From: Rhizobiaceae bacterium
GTDB lineage: Bacteria; Pseudomonadota; Alphaproteobacteria; Rhizobiales; Rhizobiaceae
Assembly: GCA_041987205.1 (NCBI GenBank)
Contig: JBHIWX010000007.1
Location: 5,542 to 69,541, forward strand
DNA length: 64,000 bases
Direction of reading: 5' to 3'
The position numbers were made by a program, and so were the translations under genes. The notes under the pieces are model-generated. The model saw only the letters and a program-made list of their open reading frames with translations. It ran no database searches and was not told the DNA's origin. Shown in pieces: positions 29,152-36,499 of this stretch; within the stretch, counting starts at the first letter, position 1, and every line of letters starts with the position of its first letter.

Positions 29152-30363
29152 CTAACTTAAATTAAATTCTTGAATAATATTTTGATACATCCCGATAACT
29201 TTCTTTTTATTAATGTTCTTGTCCCATTTTCCTCGAATATATTGCAGATTGCGCTTTGCTGCATTGTCTACAAGTTCATCGTCCGAGGCCGCCCTTATAA
29301 TTGCGCTTGCCATGGCGCTTGTATCATGCGGGCTGACAATTGCGCCGTCCAACCCGTTCCTGATCCATTCGTCGGCACAGGACGCACAGGTTTGAATCGG
29401 ATAGGCGCCGACGGACATCGCTTCGAGCAATGTTGTGCTGATGCCGTCGGAAATACTGCTGCCGATCACCATCCTCGCGTCTGCAAGATGGGAAAGGGCC
29501 TCGCCGTGATTCTTGAAATAGGGGTCAATTTCGATTTTGAGATTGCTGCTCTGTGACAGCGCGTCCGCCATTCCAGCGATCTCCGGGGACGCCAGACGTA
29601 TCCTTATTCTGTAGTCTGCAAGATGATGTGCCGCCAATTGCAGGGCCGAGAGGACGTGCATGCCCCTGCCCGACCATCCATGATAGCCCTTGACCAGGAT
29701 CTGACGTCTCCGGGAGGGCGGCACCCGAGATCCCAGTTCCGCAATCCCGTCCACATCGTCGCCGCCAGACGCCGGAATAGGGGCAAAGGTGAGCCCCTTG
29801 AAACCCATTTGCCTGGCAATCTTCAAGTCCCTTCCGCACTCGGCCGTATAGGCATCGACCTTTTCCAGGAGTGAAAAGAGCACCGGTCGGTGCGCATCGA
29901 TCTTGCGGAAAAGAAAGATGTCGCTTCCCCAATTGCTGTGCATCCAGATGGGGAACCTCTCGCACAGAGACTTCGCGGCCAGGCAACGGTAACCCGCAAG
30001 CTGGGTTTCCAGTGAGTGCACGATTGTTGGCGCGTAGGCGGAAATCTGGTCAGCAATGAACCTGGGCGAAATCAGACCGCGCATTCGGTCAGGCGGCCAG
30101 TCTCCGGGAATATCGGTACGCTCACCGAACCCGGCTTCGGCAGTAAGCGCCAAGACTCCGATCGTGTCGGCAGGAAGCGCTTGGACAGCGTCAGGCTCGC
30201 TTATCGGCGCAAAGGGTTGCGCAACGTCAGACACGGGCGCGTCATAAATCGGCAGCACGACGATCCTGAACCGGTTTCCTCTCGCAACGTGTGTCCACCG
30301 TGCCAGGTGGACGCTATCCGGCATTCCGACGATCATGATAAGGGGTTTGTCCGAACTCACCAC
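29152..30363 (-). CDS. glycosyltransferase, GT-B fold (GT4-like)
   Basis: C-terminal GISTTLLEAMSVGAYPIQT...GLDGAIVSPHD corresponds to the E-x7-E region of GT4 enzymes. The N-terminal half is Rossmann-like. Confidence 0.7.
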   Translation of the reverse strand: MVSSDKPLIMIVGMPDSVHLARWTHVARGNRFRIVVLPIYDAPVSDVAQPFAPISEPDAVQALPADTIGVLALTAEAGFGERTDIPGDWPPDRMRGLISPRFIADQISAYAPTIVHSLETQLAGYRCLAAKSLCERFPIWMHSNWGSDIFLFRKIDAHRPVLFSLLEKVDAYTAECGRDLKIARQMGFKGLTFAPIPASGGDDVDGIAELGSRVPPSRRRQILVKGYHGWSGRGMHVLSALQLAAHHLADYRIRIRLASPEIAGMADALSQSSNLKIEIDPYFKNHGEALSHLADARMVIGSSISDGISTTLLEAMSVGAYPIQTCASCADEWIRNGLDGAIVSPHDTSAMASAIIRAASDDELVDNAAKRNLQYIRGKWDKNINKKKVIGMYQNIIQEFNLS

Positions 30364-30381
30364 GGCTCAAACTCCCGTGGA

Positions 30382-30822
30382 TCAGTTCCGGCGCGCCATC
30401 TCAACCAGTCGCTCTGCCAGTATCGATGGATCATGGGCGGCCCTCAACATTCTAATATCGCCGGAATCCATCATTTCTCGGTCGGGAAACTGCCTGGCAA
30501 TCAACACCGGCACCCGCGAGGCAAGGGCCTCCTCCAGTCTTGGAAACGTTCGCTGCCTCATGACCACCGAGCAGAACAGCCTTGCGCCAGCAAGGACCTG
30601 GCTGCTTTGGGCGAGAGACAGGCAGACTACATCGAGCCCAGTTTCCCACCTCAATGCGCTGGCAGCAATCCTTACCGATTCCCCATCGGTGTCGACGAAA
30701 TAGACTTTGGCGTCACGGAGCTCGGCATGGCAAAAGTGCAGTGCGGATATCAGGAAAAGAGCCCGACCTTCCGCATCTTCCCGACCATCACAGACTATTG
30801 GAATTACATCGTGGAGGCTCAT
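30382..30822 (-). CDS. stand-alone GT-B C-terminal-half domain protein (146 aa)
   Basis: VIPIVCDGREDAEGR...FPRLEEALASRVPVLIARQFPDREMM aligns by eye to only the nucleotide-sugar-binding half of GT1/GT4 enzymes. No N-terminal half in any frame of the 168-bp upstream spacer. Confidence 0.45.
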   Translation of the reverse strand: MSLHDVIPIVCDGREDAEGRALFLISALHFCHAELRDAKVYFVDTDGESVRIAASALRWETGLDVVCLSLAQSSQVLAGARLFCSVVMRQRTFPRLEEALASRVPVLIARQFPDREMMDSGDIRMLRAAHDPSILAERLVEMARRN

Positions 30823-30990
30823 TGACAGACAGGATTATTGTAGCTCGGCGCCTCGATGGATCACGGTCAGGCGACCTTGTACACTGATCCGCAAGCACGT
30901 GAACAGTGGCCCGCGGCCAAGTCACGGCTATATGTTTGAAACACATGTCTTATCAGAAAACTTGACCGCGAACTGTACCGGAAAACCACT

Positions 30991-32817
30991 GTGAACGTGT
31001 TCATACTAGATTTTGATATTTTTTCGTCTGTAGGCGGCGGTCAAACACTCTATCGGCGCATCGTTGAAAGGCATCCGTCCTGCGAATTTCGATACGCTTC
31101 ACGCGGCCCGGACCTTGAATTGCGCGCCAGGGAATTGTTACCCCAAAACGCCATTCCGGTTCCGATTGACGAATTCCTCGACATTGATTCAATCGTTTCC
31201 GGTATTCAGCTGATTTCACCGAATGAAGAACATTATTGCAGATTGCTTGTCCGAATGGCCGCGGCCAATCAGGGCCGACATTTTCATATCGTTGAAGTGC
31301 CTTCGTTTTTCCCTGTCGCGCACAGAGTGCGACAGCTGTTTGGTAGCTTTGGCACATCTGTGGGCGCCATATCATTCGGGCTCATGGGCTGGCTGAGTGT
31401 CGGCGTTGGCAATGCGTATGGCGGCGAAGAAAGTCGAGACACCAAACGATGGCTCGAGGCACTTGAAAAGGCGTCACTCGCCGACGCAGATCTGAGGTAT
31501 TCGATATCTCATCTACACAATTCCCATGGCATCGAGAGTGAGGTCCGTGCGCCAACAATCGACATGCACGATATTCTCGAAGACCTGAAGCCAGCGCCAG
31601 GACAGCCGACCGGGAATGCCCCACCCGACATCTGGTTTGTGGGACGGCTCGACCGCAACAAGGGGCCCGACATTTTCCTTGAGATTGTCTCCCGAATTCC
31701 GAAAGAACTTTACGGCAAATGCTGTCTGACGGGCCCTGACAATCACTGGTCGTTGGGCGCTCGCTGGTCTGAAATCCTGCTCAGGCAAGCAACCGAGTTG
31801 GGAATAGATGCCGAGTATGTGGGTGAAATCAGCGACGAGCAGTTGAGGCAAGAGGTCTATCACGGAAACTCGTTGATCGTGGTTCCTTCACGATCCGACG
31901 CCTTCAATCTGGTAGCACTGGAGGCCCTGCAATGTGGATGCCCCATCGTGCTGTCCAACAGGGCAGGCGCCGCAGAATTCCTGGTCAACGACTATCCACG
32001 GATTGCACCGCCACTCATCGACCCCGAAAATGTGGATGCGGCCGCCGAGGAGGTGCTGCAACTTCTTCAGCGGTTTGACGAAACGCGCGTCAGGTTGCGG
32101 AAGAACTTGAAGAAACATGGTTTTCGCCCGCCACGTCTCGAGTTCATGACCGATGACCACTGGTCCAGGCTGGCAATAGGAAATTCGACACTACCCGATG
32201 ACGCCGATCTGGGCGCTTTGTACGGACCTGCATGGCGGAGCAGGTCGCAACCGGATTTGAGGGATAATCCGCCCGATGTGAGTGTCATCATCAGCATGTC
32301 GGGAAGCCTGGACATGCTGATCTGGACGTTGGTGGCGATCACAGTCGAAAATGGCCCACGCGCCCGCGTCATTGTGATCGACGACTGTCAATGTAAAGGC
32401 GAGGAATTGCATGATGCCGTTCGCCTGATTGACCCGTTTGCCAAGATCGTCACGCAGCCACCTCTTGGGCATGGACGCGCATTCAATCACGGCCTGGAGT
32501 TTGTCGACACGCCTTACGTCGTCTTCCTGAAAGCCGGCGAAAGGATGCACGGGAACCAACTGAATGAAGGCGTTGCGGCTCTACAGGCACAGCCACAAGA
32601 AATGCTGCACGTTACGTCAAATCCATCCGGGTTTGTCTTTCGGCGACGAGCGGTCGAAATGGCTGATGGTCTGGAGGAGATTGATTCAGCAGTGATTGTC
32701 AGCCGTTTGGCGCAACGCATCCGCGATCTGCCCGAGACGGGGGTGTCGGATTGGAGAACGACGAAGCTGTTTGGTGATGACAGCGGAACCCGTGCTTTCG
32801 CGGCAAGACAATCCTGA
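30991..32817 (+). CDS. 608-aa chimeric glycosyltransferase (N-terminal GT-B/GT4-like module, C-terminal GT2-like module)
   Basis: FVGRLDRNKGPDIFLEIV...VVPSRSDAFNLVALEALQCGCPIVLSNRAGAAEF (GT4), then DVSVIISMSGSLDML...VIVIDDCQC (GT-A-like). GTG start. Confidence 0.75.
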   Translation: MNVFILDFDIFSSVGGGQTLYRRIVERHPSCEFRYASRGPDLELRARELLPQNAIPVPIDEFLDIDSIVSGIQLISPNEEHYCRLLVRMAAANQGRHFHIVEVPSFFPVAHRVRQLFGSFGTSVGAISFGLMGWLSVGVGNAYGGEESRDTKRWLEALEKASLADADLRYSISHLHNSHGIESEVRAPTIDMHDILEDLKPAPGQPTGNAPPDIWFVGRLDRNKGPDIFLEIVSRIPKELYGKCCLTGPDNHWSLGARWSEILLRQATELGIDAEYVGEISDEQLRQEVYHGNSLIVVPSRSDAFNLVALEALQCGCPIVLSNRAGAAEFLVNDYPRIAPPLIDPENVDAAAEEVLQLLQRFDETRVRLRKNLKKHGFRPPRLEFMTDDHWSRLAIGNSTLPDDADLGALYGPAWRSRSQPDLRDNPPDVSVIISMSGSLDMLIWTLVAITVENGPRARVIVIDDCQCKGEELHDAVRLIDPFAKIVTQPPLGHGRAFNHGLEFVDTPYVVFLKAGERMHGNQLNEGVAALQAQPQEMLHVTSNPSGFVFRRRAVEMADGLEEIDSAVIVSRLAQRIRDLPETGVSDWRTTKLFGDDSGTRAFAARQS

Positions 32818-32832
32818 TACGGGAGAGAAGAC

Positions 32833-33744
32833 TTGAGAGCACTGGTCACAGGGGCGGCCGGCTTCGTAGGCAGTTGGCTTTGCCAGTTCCTCTTGAACGA
32901 GGGTATCGAGGTAATCGCCCAGGTGGAAGGCGGCAGGTTCAGTGCCCTCGGTTCAAATCAAATGCCGGGCCGTCTTGCTGATCCAGCATTCTGCAAGATG
33001 CTCACAACCGATGTTGACGTGGTTTTTCACCTTGCCTCTGAAGCGAGCCAGGCCCGTTTCATGTCCGCCCCGCAATTGACGCTGGCAAGAGATTTCACAA
33101 GCCTCACGAATGTTCTCGAAGCATGCGTTCTTCGTCCTCCCAAACGATTTGTCTACATAAGCTCGGCTCTGATCTATGAGACCACACATGATTGCCCAAA
33201 GATCGAGAGTTCACCCACCAGAGCTTCTTCGTTTTATGCTTCGTCAAAGATCTCAGGCGAAGCCCTCGTAACCGCGTACGCTGACAGTTCGGATTTCGAT
33301 TTTGTGCTGGCAAGGCCCTTCAATGTTTACGGGCATGGCCAAGACCCGAGCGCGGTAGTCGCCGAGTTCATGCAAATGGGCCGCCAGGGTGAAATCAAGG
33401 TTCGCAATCCATTTCCGGTTCGAGACTTCATCCATGTATCCGACCTCTGCCGAGCACTTTTGGCCATGGCGAAATCGAACACATGCGGAAACCAGATCCT
33501 GAACGTCGGAACGGGAATTGGTCGCACGATCGGCGAGGTGGCAGAGGAAATCAGTTTAGCGTTTCAACAGACCGGCAAGCGTCCAAGAATCGCCCTTCCT
33601 TCACCGCCATCACTTTCAGGCGCCGAGCCTCAGGTGGAATCACTGGTGGCAGACATCAGCAAAATTAGAGACACACTGAATTGGAAACCTCGGATTGAAT
33701 TCGCAAATGGTATCGCGGCGACGATTAGCCACTTGTCGCCATAG
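32833..33744 (+). CDS. NAD-dependent epimerase/dehydratase (extended SDR)
   Basis: MRALVTGAAGFVGSWL, YISSALIY, SFYASSKISGE (YxxxK). TTG start 16 nt after the upstream stop. Confidence 0.8.
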   Translation: MRALVTGAAGFVGSWLCQFLLNEGIEVIAQVEGGRFSALGSNQMPGRLADPAFCKMLTTDVDVVFHLASEASQARFMSAPQLTLARDFTSLTNVLEACVLRPPKRFVYISSALIYETTHDCPKIESSPTRASSFYASSKISGEALVTAYADSSDFDFVLARPFNVYGHGQDPSAVVAEFMQMGRQGEIKVRNPFPVRDFIHVSDLCRALLAMAKSNTCGNQILNVGTGIGRTIGEVAEEISLAFQQTGKRPRIALPSPPSLSGAEPQVESLVADISKIRDTLNWKPRIEFANGIAATISHLSP

Positions 33745-33787
33745 CCACGACTGAAAGAGCCTGGCGTGTTGCGGCCTGACAAATCAA

Positions 33788-34918
33788 TCAGATCGATTTC
33801 CGCCAAACCACCCTGTTTACGTAGTCGACGTAACTGGTAATTATACGCAGGATTTTCTCGGAAACATTGTCAACATCATAGTCGGATACGAGGCGCAGAG
33901 ACCGCTCCGCACCCCGGCGCTGTGACTGCAGTATTTCAAGGCCCAGCATGATGCGATCCAGGTCAAGTCCGACGAGCATCACGGATCCTTCTTCCAAACC
34001 TTCCGGCCGCTCTTGAGATTGCCTGATGTTCAACGCCGGAAAGTTCAGTATGGAACTTTCTTCGGTGATGGTCCCGCTGTCGGACAGAACCGCGCGAGCC
34101 GATAGCTGGAGTTTGATGTAGTCGAAAAAGCCAAACGGTTTATGCAGCCGAACCCGCTCGTCAAAGGAGAACTTCTGACTGGCCAGCTTGTCGGCCGTAC
34201 GCGGATGCGTTGATACCAGAACAGGTTTGTCAAACCGCTCGGCAAGTGCATTCAGTATTCCGACCAGACGCGCGAGCAGCTCCGGGTTATCGACGTTTTC
34301 CTCGCGATGCGCGCTTACCAGAAAATACTGATCTGCTTCGAGGCCCTCCTTCTTCAGTACATCAGACGAAGAAATCTCCTCCCGATATCGGTGAAGGACT
34401 TCTTTCATGGGGCTTCCGGTCTTGATCACGAGATCAGGGGACAATCCCTCCCGCAACAGGCAATCGCGAGCCAAGGTGCTGTACGTCAAATTCACGTCGG
34501 AGACATGATCGACAATTCGTCGATTGACCTCTTCCGGCACGCGCATGTCGAAGGATCGATTTCCCGCCTCCATATGGAATATGGGCACTTTTCTTTTCTT
34601 GGCAGCAATCACCGAAAGCGAACTGTTGGTGTCGCCCAAGACCAGCAGGGCATCGGGTTGGACAGCCTCGAGGCATTTGTCCGTGGCGCGGATCACATTC
34701 CCTATTGTCTCTGCCGCGCTCGCGCCCGCTGAATTGAAATAGGAGTCAGGCTCTCTGATGCCCAGATCCTCAAAAAAGATCTTGTTCAGCTCATAGTCGT
34801 AGTTTTGCCCGGTATGGGCCAGGTGATGATCAAAGTACTGGTCGAGCTTGCTGATTATTACTGATAAACGAATCAGTTCAGGTCTAGTACCAATAATGGT
34901 TAGTACTTTAAGCGTCAT
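33788..34918 (-). CDS. non-hydrolysing UDP-HexNAc 2-epimerase of the Cap5G/FnlC/WbjD/WbvD type
   Basis: LKVLTIIGTRPELIRLS, AHTGQNYDYELNKIFFEDLGIREPD, LVLGDTNSSL, FHMEAGNRSFDMRVPEEVNRRIVDHVSDVNL closely follow my memory of S. aureus Cap5G rather than E. coli WecB. Confidence 0.85.
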   Translation of the reverse strand: MTLKVLTIIGTRPELIRLSVIISKLDQYFDHHLAHTGQNYDYELNKIFFEDLGIREPDSYFNSAGASAAETIGNVIRATDKCLEAVQPDALLVLGDTNSSLSVIAAKKRKVPIFHMEAGNRSFDMRVPEEVNRRIVDHVSDVNLTYSTLARDCLLREGLSPDLVIKTGSPMKEVLHRYREEISSSDVLKKEGLEADQYFLVSAHREENVDNPELLARLVGILNALAERFDKPVLVSTHPRTADKLASQKFSFDERVRLHKPFGFFDYIKLQLSARAVLSDSGTITEESSILNFPALNIRQSQERPEGLEEGSVMLVGLDLDRIMLGLEILQSQRRGAERSLRLVSDYDVDNVSEKILRIITSYVDYVNRVVWRKSI

Positions 34919-35270
34919 CGCTGGATTATTCCCTTTGGAGCGGCATCATGCGCTGATGTCCGTGATCGCTTGTAAGCGCCCGGAATGGACACCCGCAACA
35001 AGGAAGTTTGATGGCCTGTTAGCGTGAAACTTACGAAATGGGAGGTGCAAGATGCCTTGCATCTCAAAAGGCTATGACAATCAAGCCTGGGAGATGGGAA
35101 TTATCCCCATGAAGCAAGTCAGTACCGCCCGATGCTATTCCGGTTGGAAACCCTGCTTCCGCCATTTCGCCCCCTGGACGGCCCCCGAACAAGCCGCATC
35201 AAGCAGCAAAGCGATCCTGTGCAAGGTCGACACGAAGCATCACATTGGCAGGCGATGCATTCAACCGGTT

Positions 35271-36497
35271 TCAGCCCGCGATCCGTTCCGCGCAGCGTTC
35301 GGCGAAATAGGGCACCATCGTCAGCTTGCCGGGGTCGATGGAATGATACCGGCCCTTGCTCCTGATGCCGATCTCGTAGCGCTTGTGCAGTTCGCTTGCC
35401 GGGTCGTCGATGTCGGTCTCGCCCCAGGCCACGATCGCGCCGCCACGCACCACCGCATCTGACACGATGTGCTGCTCGAGGCTGGAAAGGCCCGGCACGA
35501 TACCGACCATGCCCCGCACGGTTTCTTCGGCGATTTGGGTGCGCAGGGGCTCGCCCGCGACAGTCTCCCAGTCCGGCGGCTGGACCTCCTGCGTGATGGC
35601 CCGCAGGCAGGCCGGATACCAGGTGAGATAGGTCAGCCCCTCGCCATAGGTCACCACCTCGCCGAACGGGCCGACCACGAAGGTCGCGCTTTGCAGCGGT
35701 GCGACACCCTCCGGCAGGCGAAAGCTGACGCCGTATTTGAGGCGATGGATCCAGTTGCGGCCCGCCATTAGCCCAACCTTCTCGTCGAGCGCCAGCCTTC
35801 CATCCCACAACGCATTGACGGCGTGATCGAAGCCCTCCTTCCGGCTGTCGTCCGACGTGCCGTCCCGCTCCTGCCAGTGCACGGTGACGCCGGAAGGCGT
35901 TTCTTCCGCGCCGACCACGGTGCAGCCCAGCCTGGTCTCGATACGCGGATGGGCCGCGATGCAGGTTCTCAGGGCCTCGGCCACCGCGCGCGGATCGATC
36001 GCGACCTCCTGCGTCTCGTAGGCATCCACCGCGAGTTCCGGATTGAACTTCGCCTCAAGCTCGGCCGGCGAATAGCGTCTCGGCCTGCTGCCGAAATCCC
36101 TGCCGAAATAGGCGCCGGGGCTCTGCGCCGCCTTTTCGGCAACAATCGCATGCGCCTTGAACAGATAATCGGCCAACGCCTCCGGCGACCGCTGCGCATC
36201 GCGATGAATGACATAGGCCGCCGGCGCGGATGTCTTCAGGGCCGGCGAATCGGCGTCGAGATAGCGTTCGAGAAAGGGTCGGAAGGCAAAGGCGCCCGAA
36301 GCCATCGTCCGCGCCGTGCGCATGCTGGCATCGCTGGCATACATGTAGCCCAGATGGATCTTGCCTTCATTGGCCGCCCCCGCCTTGGTGATCAGGTCGT
36401 CATTCTTGTCGAAAATCGTGACGTGCTGGCCGCGATCGGCCAATGCAAGGGCCGCACAGCACCCCTGCAGCCCGCCCCCCAGTACCGCAATGCGCAT
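35271..36497 (-). CDS. FAD-dependent oxidoreductase (DAO-like)
   Basis: MRIAVLGGGLQGCCAALALADRGQHVTIFDK dinucleotide-binding start. Native high GC. ATG lies 2 nt after the upstream GT2 stop. Confidence 0.75.
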   Translation of the reverse strand: MRIAVLGGGLQGCCAALALADRGQHVTIFDKNDDLITKAGAANEGKIHLGYMYASDASMRTARTMASGAFAFRPFLERYLDADSPALKTSAPAAYVIHRDAQRSPEALADYLFKAHAIVAEKAAQSPGAYFGRDFGSRPRRYSPAELEAKFNPELAVDAYETQEVAIDPRAVAEALRTCIAAHPRIETRLGCTVVGAEETPSGVTVHWQERDGTSDDSRKEGFDHAVNALWDGRLALDEKVGLMAGRNWIHRLKYGVSFRLPEGVAPLQSATFVVGPFGEVVTYGEGLTYLTWYPACLRAITQEVQPPDWETVAGEPLRTQIAEETVRGMVGIVPGLSSLEQHIVSDAVVRGGAIVAWGETDIDDPASELHKRYEIGIRSKGRYHSIDPGKLTMVPYFAERCAERIAG

Positions 36498-36499
36498 CT

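Noticed and set aside
34919-35270. Search for a direct repeat of the tRNA-Arg 3' end (…GGTTCGAATCCTGTCGGGATCGCCA) at the right border of the glycan island.
   Set aside because: Only 7-nt chance matches were seen (ATCCTGT near 35213, GATCGC near 34964). There is nothing long enough to call an attR by eye. It needs a proper alignment.
35052-35462. 136-aa plus-strand ORF in the island's right border region.
   Set aside because: Its second half runs antisense through the 3' end of the FAD oxidoreductase gene. It has no motifs and no ribosome-binding site. It is likely spurious, although the first ~70 codons lie in otherwise unassigned DNA.
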